Position numbers and translations under genes: made by a program. From a virus (Duplodnaviria > Caudoviricetes), in the IMG/VR virus record IMGVR_UViG_3300009678_000117, positions 1-31,078 of that record: a stretch of 31,078 bases of DNA. One strand, written 5' to 3'. Positions 18,162-26,590 of the stretch are shown in pieces. A model generated the notes under the pieces. It was given only the letters and a program-made list of their open reading frames with translations, was not told where the DNA came from and searched no databases. How positions within the stretch are numbered: position 1 is the first letter of the stretch; the number at the start of each line of letters is the position of its first letter.

Positions 18162-18262
18162 CTTTTAAATATTAGAAGTAAAATTAATATAAATAATACG
18201 CCTATAAAAATGGCGTAAGCCACAATTATAAATTCTTCCCAATCAAACTTACCGTTATCCAT
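18158..18262 (-). CDS. 34-aa single-pass membrane peptide
   Basis: MDNGKFDWEEFIIVAYAIFIGVLFILILLLIFKR. Exactly fills the gap, with an ATGA overlap onto the methyltransferase start. Not in the ORF track. Confidence 0.65.
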   Translation of the reverse strand: MDNGKFDWEEFIIVAYAIFIGVLFILILLLIFKR

Positions 18263-18266
18263 ACTG

Positions 18267-19487
18267 CTAATTATGTACAAATAACGTCCCTTTTACCGGT
18301 ATAAACTTCCTGCCGCCGTATCGCTTTATAATGTCTTCAAAGAAAAACCAGTCTGCCGAATGTTCCATGCTATGCCAGCCTACCAGCTGCGCCGGGGCTG
18401 TCTTTAGCACTACGCCGCCGCAGTCTAAATGCCCACGTGCTAACCTGGTAGGCTGCGTTTCCCACCTCAAATAAGAATGTACCATAGCGCTACAGTACGT
18501 AGCTACTATATCCCTGCCAGCTGTGAAAGGCGCTAAAAGCCGTTCAAAAAATACTGGCATGTAGTAGTTGTCCGGGTTCGTAATTACTACGTATTCGCTT
18601 TTCACTTTCTGCAGCCATTCGGCCCGGATACTGTGCCCCCAGGCGCCCCGGTGTTCCGGCGTATTGGTAAACTCTATCCTATCGTCGTTAACCGCCCGAA
18701 TAAAGCTGTCTATACCGTCCGTTTCTGGTCCGTCGTGGATCAATATAAGACGCCAATTTTTATAAGTCTGCATAATCAGCGAAGATATAACCGCCGGAAA
18801 ACTGCGGTAAATAGGGCAGATAATAGTAACGCCGGGCACCTTTTCGCCCTGCGCGGGCAGGTCAAAACCCCAAAGCTGGTTTAATTCGGTTTCCCGTTTT
18901 ACCCGCCTGTGGTAACCGGTATCGAATAGCGGGCTACTTTCGTTAGGCGCTACCTGGATAACTTTTAAACCCATTCGCTTAACCTGGTCTAAAAAGATAT
19001 TACCATACCAGCGGTGTTCAAACAAATAACAATGTTGTTTGGTAGTTATCGGATCCGCTGGAAATTTAAGCTTTTGGGCGGTACTGCGGGAAATAGAAAA
19101 ACCGGTAGTACGTATATGTGGGCGTACGTAGTTAGATATTTCCATACAGCGAACGCCTTCCCCGTCCTGCAGCGCGAAGTAGTCCAGGTAATCCGGGCGC
19201 ATTGGAAAGGTGTCATCAGTAACCCAAAGTAAATTTTGCCAGTCCGCCGGAAATCCGGGCAAGCGGTCCCTGCAAACGTCCTGAAAGGCGCCTATGTCAA
19301 AACCTACGTTTTTACGGCGTATTACTGTTGTGCCTTCGGAAAATTCGCGGGCTTCCGTTCCGTCCGTGTTATGGATAACAACTACATTTTTAGGGCGGTC
19401 CGTCTGTTCCAATATCTTTAACCATTTCGCTAAATTGGCGTAACGGTCGTAAAGTACTATTACCAGGGTATCTATTTTGCCGTTCAA
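18267..19487 (-). CDS. Two-domain glycosyltransferase (RgpF-like N-terminus + GT2 C-terminus)
   Basis: N-terminal NVGFDIGAF, LLWVTDDTF and PHIRTTGF resemble rhamnan synthesis F motifs. C-terminal VTIICPIY...SLIMQTYKNWRLILIHDG is GT2. Likely TTG start at 19487 overlapping the upstream TGA (track: 19538). Confidence 0.85.
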   Translation of the reverse strand: MNGKIDTLVIVLYDRYANLAKWLKILEQTDRPKNVVVIHNTDGTEAREFSEGTTVIRRKNVGFDIGAFQDVCRDRLPGFPADWQNLLWVTDDTFPMRPDYLDYFALQDGEGVRCMEISNYVRPHIRTTGFSISRSTAQKLKFPADPITTKQHCYLFEHRWYGNIFLDQVKRMGLKVIQVAPNESSPLFDTGYHRRVKRETELNQLWGFDLPAQGEKVPGVTIICPIYRSFPAVISSLIMQTYKNWRLILIHDGPETDGIDSFIRAVNDDRIEFTNTPEHRGAWGHSIRAEWLQKVKSEYVVITNPDNYYMPVFFERLLAPFTAGRDIVATYCSAMVHSYLRWETQPTRLARGHLDCGGVVLKTAPAQLVGWHSMEHSADWFFFEDIIKRYGGRKFIPVKGTLFVHN

Positions 19488-20035
19488 AGTAAGTGCTTTA
19501 TTGATTTTTTGCCCTCTAATAATCGGTAGGTATGCCAAATGTATATGCTTTCCATCAGTAGAATTTTACCGCCTGCCTGTAAAATACGTTTACTAAAATT
19601 CGTGTCCACTGTTAAACAGCGCCGCCCTTCGTCAAAAGGGAAGGCTTGCCAGGTAGCTACGCTAAATAACATTAAAAACCCAGCTACGGACCGGGTAACG
19701 GGCTGCGCCTTTACTCCTAAGTTATGTAGCATTATGTCCGCATCTAGTTTATGCTCTAGAAAATCCGTTACCTTTTCCTTTTCCGCAAAGGCCCCTTTAT
19801 TCCATTGCTGCGGTACGCCGTCCTTTGCCCTGCTACCGTAACAGACAAATAGCGTAGTATCTGGATAGGCCGCTATGTATTCGTACATGCGTTTAACCTG
19901 GCCCGGATCCAACAACATAGCGTCGTAATCCATAACGCAAACCCAGTCTGTAGCGGGCAGGTGTTTTATTGTATCGTTATAGGCTTTACCTAACCGCTTA
20001 TCCAGGCTGAAAGGTTTTATAAAATGTATATTCAT
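19484..20035 (-). CDS. GT-A fold glycosyltransferase
   Basis: LGKAYN...DWVCVMDYD (DxD), AGFLMLFS, FDE...VDTNFS...AG, IWH. Confidence 0.82.
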   Translation of the reverse strand: MNIHFIKPFSLDKRLGKAYNDTIKHLPATDWVCVMDYDAMLLDPGQVKRMYEYIAAYPDTTLFVCYGSRAKDGVPQQWNKGAFAEKEKVTDFLEHKLDADIMLHNLGVKAQPVTRSVAGFLMLFSVATWQAFPFDEGRRCLTVDTNFSKRILQAGGKILLMESIYIWHTYRLLEGKKSIKHLL

Positions 20036-20048
20036 AAAGGAAGAAAAA

Positions 20049-20079
20049 CGAATATACAGGTATTTTTTTAGATACCAAA
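20049..20079 (-). promoter_or_regulatory. Bacteroidota-type promoter with palindromic operator, upstream of the glycosyltransferase genes
   Basis: Minus strand TTTG-N19-TATATTCG (one mismatch to TAnnTTTG); AGGTAT-N8-ATACCA at 20058-20077. Confidence 0.65.
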
Positions 20080-20102
20080 AGAAAAACCGCCTTTCGGCGG
20101 TT
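20077..20102 (-). terminator. Rho-independent terminator
   Basis: Minus strand AACCGCC-GAAA-GGCGGTT followed by TTTCTTTT, just after the 59-aa ORF. Confidence 0.85.
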
Positions 20103-20108
20103 CGGGGT

Positions 20109-20288
20109 TTACCATACTGCTCTACTGCGCAGGTCGTATTTTGCTGCCGCCGCTTTTGCCCGCATCACTAAAAAATCTTTTCGTGAAATGGTAAAACGAC
20201 TGGTTAGCGCCGTATTTGCTATAAACTTAGCTTTTGGGTAAAGCTTTTTTATATTTTTTCTACAAATGTTATTTACTATAACTATCAT
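20109..20288 (-). CDS. 59-aa basic hypothetical protein
   Basis: MIVIVNNICRKNIKKLYPKAKF...RAVW; starts 2 nt after the lipoprotein stop and ends before the terminator. Not in the ORF track. Confidence 0.6.
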   Translation of the reverse strand: MIVIVNNICRKNIKKLYPKAKFIANTALTSRFTISRKDFLVMRAKAAAAKYDLRSRAVW

Positions 20289-20290
20289 AA

Positions 20291-20527
20291 TTATTTCTTT
20301 TTACAGTTATTAACGCTGTAACCCGCATTAGCGGTATGGTATTTAGTTGGCGGCGTGTCGCCTTCCTGGCATATCGTTACATCGGTACCAGTAGGCAGCC
20401 CGGCGCCTGCATGCGGCATTGTTTGACATTCCCAGCATGTGCGGCCCAGCGGATCAGATTTTTTACTGCATGCGGATAATAATAAAATGACTATTACCAT
20501 GTAGAGAATAAAGCGTATTTGTTTCAT
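20291..20527 (-). CDS. Small Cys-rich lipoprotein
   Basis: Signal peptide II with lipobox LSAC; four further Cys residues (CWEC...C...C). Confidence 0.8.
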   Translation of the reverse strand: MKQIRFILYMVIVILLLSACSKKSDPLGRTCWECQTMPHAGAGLPTGTDVTICQEGDTPPTKYHTANAGYSVNNCKKK

Positions 20528-20537
20528 AATTGATTAT

Positions 20538-20771
20538 TTAAAGCGTTTTTCTATTGCGCCATTTTTTCGGCTCCTTTGCGTCTGTTACTACAGTTAACGG
20601 GGTTTCTACTTTATAGCTTTCCTGCAATACTTTGGCACCCTCTAAAGCTTTTTCCGGGGTTTTAAACTCATTGGCTAAATGCCGGTACCCTGTCCAGTTT
20701 ATTTTGCCTTTACGTCCTATGCCGGCGAAAAACCGGGCGCCGTCTGCGGTTAAAGTTTTTATTGTTGTCAT
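20538..20771 (-). CDS. Hypothetical protein
   Basis: 77 aa, same strand, A-rich initiation region. Confidence 0.65.
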   Translation of the reverse strand: MTTIKTLTADGARFFAGIGRKGKINWTGYRHLANEFKTPEKALEGAKVLQESYKVETPLTVVTDAKEPKKWRNRKTL

Positions 20772-20837
20772 AACTTCTTTTTGCCGCCAAACCCCGCTGC
20801 GGTTAGCAAGCGGGGCGGCGTTTGACCGGTCCAGCGG

Positions 20838-21014
20838 TTATTTTATTTCGCTTTCAGCTTGCGCCCAAAGCGCGTCGCGATATTGTTTTTGTCCTACTAC
20901 CCAGCGTAAATACTCAATAGAGAATTTTTGACCTGCTTTTTTATTCTGTATCATTATTTTGATAATGCCATTTACTTTAACTGTCATTTGGCGGGCTTTT
21001 TCTCTGGTAGTCAT
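20838..21014 (-). CDS. 58-aa hypothetical protein
   Basis: MTTREKARQMTVKVNGIIKIMIQNKKAGQKFSIEYLRWVVGQKQYRDALWAQAESEIK, directly downstream of a consensus promoter. Not in the ORF track. Confidence 0.65.
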   Translation of the reverse strand: MTTREKARQMTVKVNGIIKIMIQNKKAGQKFSIEYLRWVVGQKQYRDALWAQAESEIK

Positions 21015-21036
21015 AATTTTTGCGTTTTTGATATAT

Positions 21037-21067
21037 CAAAGATAGGTATTGTTTCCGATACCTGCAA
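21037..21067 (-). promoter_or_regulatory. Consensus Bacteroidota housekeeping promoter with operator in the spacer
   Basis: Minus strand TTG-N20-TATCTTTG; perfect AGGTAT-N8-ATACCT palindrome at 21044-21063. Confidence 0.8.
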
Positions 21068-21074
21068 GTAAAAG

Positions 21075-21083
21075 TTATCCACA
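21075..21083 (+). promoter_or_regulatory. Perfect DnaA-box consensus
   Basis: TTATCCACA, 7 nt upstream of the -33 element. Single copy, so function uncertain. Confidence 0.4.
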
Positions 21084-21086
21084 TTT

Positions 21087-21761
21087 TCAGCGTTCGTATT
21101 TACTCTTATCCGGGAAACGTTCAGCTAACCAGCGGCGCAGGTCCGTAGATAACCCGCCGTCTGAAAAAGATAAAAAGCTTTTACCCTGGACAAACTTTTC
21201 AATGCCGGACCGGCGCAGGTGCGTAGATATTTTAACGTCGGTAGGTAGTTCCTTGCTTATGTGTATGCCTAAACAATTACCGTAAAGGCTTTTTATTAAA
21301 TACTCTTTATTTCCCCAATCAATAGCAGGCTGCCGCATAATGTGTAAGTAATGTTCGCTAATGATCTGCGCCGGGGTGTGTACGTTGTAATATGCCCCGT
21401 CTGCTACCCGCCTGGTATTGGCTAACGCTTCCGCGTAACGCCCGGTAAACTTTTTATCTTTCAATAGCCCGCTGTAATACCTGGCAGAAAAATCGTTATA
21501 TTCTAATAAAATATGATCGTCTGCCGCCTGGATAAATTCGGGCACCAGCTGGCAGGCTAACGACGTTTTAACGTGGATATTAAATTGCTTTCGCGGCGTA
21601 TCTGGAAACGGTACATACTCTACGCCCTGTAACCAGTCCGGCAGATAGCCCACAATGATAATATGATTAACGGCGGTATACTTGACAAAGGACCGGATAC
21701 TATAACGCAGTTCGTTATTTTGCCAGGTGCTGCCCTTGCCTAACGTGTATACTACTGTCAT
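21087..21761 (-). CDS. Stealth-family-like (hexose-1-phosphate transferase-like) protein
   Basis: VVYT, ELRYSIRS, IIIVG..PDWL and EFIQAADD resemble Stealth CR1/CR2 motifs. Confidence 0.7.
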   Translation of the reverse strand: MTVVYTLGKGSTWQNNELRYSIRSFVKYTAVNHIIIVGYLPDWLQGVEYVPFPDTPRKQFNIHVKTSLACQLVPEFIQAADDHILLEYNDFSARYYSGLLKDKKFTGRYAEALANTRRVADGAYYNVHTPAQIISEHYLHIMRQPAIDWGNKEYLIKSLYGNCLGIHISKELPTDVKISTHLRRSGIEKFVQGKSFLSFSDGGLSTDLRRWLAERFPDKSKYER

Positions 21762-21765
21762 AAGA

Positions 21766-22212
21766 TTATTTTATTTCCATACCGGTAATGGGTGTAATAG
21801 CTACGGATCCACTATGTTCGGTTTCCGTTTTGTCGCGCCACTTCAAACGCTGCCGGTTCTTTAACCAAAAAATCATAGCCGTACTGTCCGGCGGGTATTT
21901 CTTTTTAACCGGTACGCGTTCAATATACTGCCCAAATACGCCATCGTTCATTACTTTAATCTCTTCGCTGTCATGCTCATATCCCATTGCCCGGCGGTAA
22001 AGCGAAACGCTTACATTGCCGTCTGCTACTTCCCGTCCCGCCTTTATGGCCTCCATAAATTCTGCGTGTGCATTTTTCCAAAGATTTAACGTACTGGTTT
22101 CCACCTCAAAAAATATTGCCAGTTCGTCGTCTGTATGCCCTAACAAACAAAGCTTCGTTGCCTGTTCGCAGTATTCGGGTTTATATAAAGTTGGCCTACC
22201 TACTTTTGCCAT
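21766..22212 (-). CDS. terS: Terminase small subunit
   Basis: GRPTLYKPEY, HTH (TDDELAIFFEV...TL..W), SLYRRAMGY, PPDSTAMIFWLKNR...WRD. Confidence 0.88.
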   Translation of the reverse strand: MAKVGRPTLYKPEYCEQATKLCLLGHTDDELAIFFEVETSTLNLWKNAHAEFMEAIKAGREVADGNVSVSLYRRAMGYEHDSEEIKVMNDGVFGQYIERVPVKKKYPPDSTAMIFWLKNRQRLKWRDKTETEHSGSVAITPITGMEIK

Positions 22213-22214
22213 AC

Positions 22215-23606
22215 TTACGAATTTACATTATATTTTTTTAATCTTGCTTTAACGGCGCTCATTAATGCCGCCTGTACCGTTTCTTTTGACCGCAGCGCCT
22301 CTATTACGTCCAGGTCCATCGTACCAGCGCAAATTATGTCGTGAACGATTACGGGCTTTATTTGGCCCTGTCTGTGTAACCGGGCCGGTAATTGCTGATC
22401 CAGTTCTAAACCCCAATTTTTACCGAACCATGCTATTATGTGCCCGCCGTACTGCAAATTTAATCCGTGCCCCCCGCTGGCAGGGTGCAAAGTGCCTACC
22501 TGTATCTTGCCGGCGTTCCAGTCCGCAAAATCGGCATTTGTCTTTAGCGCCCGCGGTTTATAGTGTTTCAGGTATTTATTGATCCTTTCCAGGTCGCTAC
22601 GAAAGTTATACGCTACTAAAACGCTTTCGCCGTTCGCCTCTTCTATTATTTCTTCAAGTGCTGCCAGCTTCAAGTTGTGTATTTCGTGGTAAACCTGGTT
22701 TTCGTCGTAAACTGCCCCGTTAGCAAACTGCAAAAGCTTATTGCAAAGTACCCCGGCATTTACAGCTGTTATTTCCTTTTCATCCTGCAGGCGTAAAACC
22801 TGCGCCTTTTCGAAATCGTTATAGGCTTTCTTTGTTGCCGGATCCATCGTAACGGTTACGGTGTTATCTATCCTGCGCGGTAGCGTTAAATAGTCCGCCG
22901 CCTTCATAGAAACGCAAATATCCTTTATGTTATCAAATATTTCCTTTTCATAAATGCCCTCACCAAATACGCTGTTTTTGTCTTCCGTTCGTAGTGTATA
23001 GCCAAACCCGTAAGGCTTTTTATTGAAATACTTATCCCGGTACCGGGTAATAGTTTCGCCTAACCGCTTGCCACGGTCCAGTAGATAAACCTGTGACCAA
23101 AGGCCCATTAAACCATTAGGCGCAGGCGTACCGGTTAGCCCGGTAACTTTACGGATCCGCGGCAGTACCTTGCGCAGTTCCTTAAACCGCCGGGCGCTGT
23201 TATCCTTAAAACTGCTCAATTCATCCAGTATAACCCAATCAAACGGAAAGGCGCTACCGTACAGGGCAATAAGCCAGGGAAGATTTTCCCGGTTAATTAC
23301 GTAAATGTCCGCCTTCTCCTGCAGCGCTTTTACGCGTTTGGTCTGATCCCCTAAAACCAGGCTAAAAGATAAATGTTTCAGGTGATCCCATTTTGCACCC
23401 TCCGCCGCCCAAACTTCCTGCGCTACCCGCAGCGGTGCCACAACCAAAACTTTATAATTTTCCAGGCGGTTGTAAAGTATTTCGTTTATCGCTGTCAGGG
23501 TTGAAACGGTTTTACCTAAACCCATTTCCAGAAATACCCCGGCGCCCGGCGTTTCTAAAATGTGTTCGGTTGTGTGTACCTGGTAGGCGTGCGGTTTATA
23601 TTTCAT
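22215..23606 (-). CDS. SNF2-family helicase
   Basis: MGLGKT, DELS, LTGTP, GHGLNLQ and ARLHRQGQ motifs. The likely start MKYKPH (23606) overlaps the VRR-NUC stop. Confidence 0.93.
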   Translation of the reverse strand: MKYKPHAYQVHTTEHILETPGAGVFLEMGLGKTVSTLTAINEILYNRLENYKVLVVAPLRVAQEVWAAEGAKWDHLKHLSFSLVLGDQTKRVKALQEKADIYVINRENLPWLIALYGSAFPFDWVILDELSSFKDNSARRFKELRKVLPRIRKVTGLTGTPAPNGLMGLWSQVYLLDRGKRLGETITRYRDKYFNKKPYGFGYTLRTEDKNSVFGEGIYEKEIFDNIKDICVSMKAADYLTLPRRIDNTVTVTMDPATKKAYNDFEKAQVLRLQDEKEITAVNAGVLCNKLLQFANGAVYDENQVYHEIHNLKLAALEEIIEEANGESVLVAYNFRSDLERINKYLKHYKPRALKTNADFADWNAGKIQVGTLHPASGGHGLNLQYGGHIIAWFGKNWGLELDQQLPARLHRQGQIKPVIVHDIICAGTMDLDVIEALRSKETVQAALMSAVKARLKKYNVNS

Positions 23607-23878
23607 TGCCTTAACCACGTTAAAAACGGTTCTAATGTCGTTTCGTTTAACTCTACTGAACTGCAGCCTAAACGGCGCAGCTGTTCGCCAACTGCTAACT
23701 GCCTTTCGGACGTTGCCCCGGCGTCCGTTTTCATTTCAACAAACCAAATAATTCCGCCCGGCATTATTACCAGCCTGTCCGGTATGCCTGTAAAACCAGG
23801 CGTTACCAGTTTCAGGCATAGCCCGCCCAACTTTTCAACCTCTTTTTTCAATTTGGCTTCTAACTGCTTTTCTAACAT
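23603..23878 (-). CDS. VRR-NUC domain nuclease
   Basis: EKQLE...GGLCLKL..PG..GIPDRLV...FVEMK...Q. Confidence 0.92.
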   Translation of the reverse strand: MLEKQLEAKLKKEVEKLGGLCLKLVTPGFTGIPDRLVIMPGGIIWFVEMKTDAGATSERQLAVGEQLRRLGCSSVELNETTLEPFLTWLRQ

Positions 23879-23896
23879 ACTTTATCGTTTAAAATG

Positions 23897-24186
23897 TTTA
23901 TCGGCATTGCGGCATTGCAATAATCCATATACTTCTATATAATGCTATATAATGCTATTTTACCCTATATTTTCCCCTATATACGCTATTTATACCTATT
24001 TTATTCATTATTTACTTTTATATTATTTTAGCTATGCTGCAATGCCAATCCGTATAAATGCTATTATTATCAGGTTTTTAGGTGTCATCGCAAGCCAGTT
24101 TTTTAGCGATGCCGTGCAATGCCGTGCAATGCCGCCCCGTTTTATCGGCATTGCAGTCCGCCTATTTTTTTAAGGCTGCGATGCCG
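23897..24186. repeat. Iteron-like repeat cluster around an AT-rich core; candidate replication origin
   Basis: About eight GC(A/G)ATGCC(G) units in both orientations (23902, 23910, 24039, 24106, 24116, 24126, 24146, 24178), TATAATGCTA tandem copies, and an AT-rich core at ~23920-24030. Confidence 0.75.
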
Positions 24187-26590
24187 GGTATTTTTGGTAA
24201 TTTTTTTGCCTTCCGTAGAAATCAAATCGGGCTTGCCCCTGTTCGTACCATCCCTTCATTTTTTTCATTATGTCATGAATAAACTTTGTGTTTTGGCTGG
24301 TCATTTGGCCTAACTTTCCTTCAAACAATTCCGCGTATATTTCCGCAGCGCAAACCGCCTGCCTTTCTTCCGTTCCTTCCGGCGTATCGTCGCTAAAGTC
24401 GCCCCGCATACCCGCCCTAACATAGTGGATCCGTTCGGGCAAAAGCTTTTCAGACCAGTTCGCAGGCAGTTTCAGCCCTAAAAACTCCCTAACTATGCCC
24501 GCCCTTTCATCTATTTCCGTATGTGCTTCCCGCACCTTCGCCGCCTCAATTTTAACCGCTGCGGACAGGTCCAGGCTTTCCCCGCCTTCCCAGCGGGTTA
24601 ACGCTTCCGCCCACAACTGGCTAACTTCTTCGGCGTCCAGCGCCCCCGGTGCGAAAATGTTTTTGGTTGCATTTTCCGGGTAGGTCATAACAGGCAGGTA
24701 ACGCCTGTGTTCGTGTCCGATCTGTAAAAAGTTAAGTTTATTGCTGGTAGCTATGAATATGTTTTGCCGGGCAAACCTTACCAGCGCGTCCCCGTAGGCA
24801 GGGCGGTAAATGTCCTGCGGGCTACTGATAAACCGTTTTATTGCTTCCTGTTCTGCCTGCCGTAAACCCGCTAATTCGCCCACTTCCATAATCCAAACGC
24901 CGCGCAGGCTTTCCATACCGGATTTATCGTGTATGTCGCCCAGGCAGTCCGAAAACCATTTACCCGCCATGCGCTGCACTATTGTGCTTTTCCCTATGCC
25001 TTCTTTCCCTATAATGGTTAACATAGTATCGAATTTACAGCCCGGATCCATTACCCTTGCCACTGCCGCCACAAACGTTTTACCGGTTGCCGCCCGGACG
25101 TAGGGCGTATCCGGGGCGCCCAGGTAATCTATTAACAGGGTGTCCAGTCTTTCCACCCCGTCCCAAACCAGCGGGCGCAGGTACTCCCGTACCGGGTGTA
25201 TAGCGTTATCGTTCTTTACCATACTTATAGCGGGGTCCAGGTGCGTAAACGGTACGGCGTAACATTCTATGTAATGCTTTAAACAGTCCTTATCATTAGT
25301 GGTGAAATCTTTGGTGCCCGGCGTTACTTTGCGCCACGGCAGGTGCCCGGTAATTATCAGCCTGCTTTCAAATTCGTCGTAGGTAAGTTTGCCCTTAAGT
25401 TTCAGGTCGTTTTTCAGTACCTTATAAATATTGTCTATACAGCTGGTATAGTTACCCTTCCGGTCTACGTCCAGCGTTTTTAACCACTCCAAATCGTCTA
25501 TTTCTTCCGCCTCTATGTAGTCCCCCGGTTCGCCGCCTGCCTGTTCCTGGAAATCTTCGCGGGCAGCGGCTAAACGTTCAATACCCAGCTGCTTTTTTAC
25601 TTCCTTATCCTTCGCCGCAAATTCCTTCATTTTCTCAAAACTGGCTTTTTCGTCCAGGTCGCCGAACTTATGCAGGCGTACCAGGTCAAACGCATTGCAA
25701 AGCTTACCGCCGGTAGGGTCGCTACCGTGGTGTGAATATGCAAACTTATCGTCGTATACTACCAGCCCGCCCGCTGTGCTGCCCAGGGCGTATGTAAAGC
25801 GTTCAGCGCTGGCAGTAACTAAATAAACGTCTTCTAAATATTTTTCTATTGCGTCCGTAATTGAGTAAGTCCGGCAAAAGGCGCCAATTATGCCCGGCTT
25901 TTCTAACGGGTCTTCCTGCTTTTTTATATCGTGCCTTATCTTTTCCTTTTCGCTACTGCATTGCGGGTATTCGCTGCTATCCTGCCAATTTTTATATTGT
26001 TTTAAAACACCGTCCGCCGATAACCACGGGCCGTCCTGGTAGTCGAAAAAGAATGCTCCATCTTTAGAAGTAGACGGCCAGTACATTAGGCGGGTAGCTT
26101 CGTAGGTCGTTATATCAGTGAAAGCTTCAATATCTAAAGACGCGGCTATCTTCCTGCATATCGGTTCGTATTCTGCTACCTCTATTTCCCTGTCCAGCGG
26201 TATTACCAGGCGCAGGCGGGGCGCCTTATCGCTATGCTTATGCGTAGAGTAAACGACGGCGCTACATTCGTACATTAACCCGAAATCTTCCCACAACTTA
26301 AAGCTGGCTTTATCTATGTCCAGCGTTATAAGTTGCCGGTGCGCTACGTAACCGTTACCCCGTTTGCCGCCGTTCAGGTAACCGCCAACAAACCCGCCTA
26401 TATCTTTTATTTCATCCTGACGGTCACGGTCCGCAGCCATGTAGGCGGCGTATGTTTCGGCGGTTCTATGCGTTTTACTGAAAAGGTTTACCAGTTCGGA
26501 CCAGGGCAAAGCTTTGTTCTTCCAAATCTTTTGCCGGCGGCTTTTCCCGGTCGCTATGTCAATAGGACCGTCGTACTTTACGCTTATCAT
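24170..26590 (-). CDS. Primase-helicase (N-terminal primase-like domain + VirE/VapE ATPase)
   Basis: TLDID, YSTHKH...PRLRLVIPL and RLMYWPS; C-terminal HPVREYL..L.WDG..RLD, PGCKFD, GKEGIGKST, YRPAYG. Confidence 0.92.
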   Translation of the reverse strand: MISVKYDGPIDIATGKSRRQKIWKNKALPWSELVNLFSKTHRTAETYAAYMAADRDRQDEIKDIGGFVGGYLNGGKRGNGYVAHRQLITLDIDKASFKLWEDFGLMYECSAVVYSTHKHSDKAPRLRLVIPLDREIEVAEYEPICRKIAASLDIEAFTDITTYEATRLMYWPSTSKDGAFFFDYQDGPWLSADGVLKQYKNWQDSSEYPQCSSEKEKIRHDIKKQEDPLEKPGIIGAFCRTYSITDAIEKYLEDVYLVTASAERFTYALGSTAGGLVVYDDKFAYSHHGSDPTGGKLCNAFDLVRLHKFGDLDEKASFEKMKEFAAKDKEVKKQLGIERLAAAREDFQEQAGGEPGDYIEAEEIDDLEWLKTLDVDRKGNYTSCIDNIYKVLKNDLKLKGKLTYDEFESRLIITGHLPWRKVTPGTKDFTTNDKDCLKHYIECYAVPFTHLDPAISMVKNDNAIHPVREYLRPLVWDGVERLDTLLIDYLGAPDTPYVRAATGKTFVAAVARVMDPGCKFDTMLTIIGKEGIGKSTIVQRMAGKWFSDCLGDIHDKSGMESLRGVWIMEVGELAGLRQAEQEAIKRFISSPQDIYRPAYGDALVRFARQNIFIATSNKLNFLQIGHEHRRYLPVMTYPENATKNIFAPGALDAEEVSQLWAEALTRWEGGESLDLSAAVKIEAAKVREAHTEIDERAGIVREFLGLKLPANWSEKLLPERIHYVRAGMRGDFSDDTPEGTEERQAVCAAEIYAELFEGKLGQMTSQNTKFIHDIMKKMKGWYEQGQARFDFYGRQKNYQKYPASQP

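Noticed and set aside
15814-21761. Classical GtrABC serotype-conversion locus
   Set aside because: No flippase, bactoprenol glucosyltransferase or polytopic membrane transferase is visible. Host-surface modification by another route is not excluded.
23897-24186. Possible CRISPR-like mini array
   Set aside because: Units are 9-14 nt, in mixed orientation, with irregular spacing; an iteron cluster fits better.
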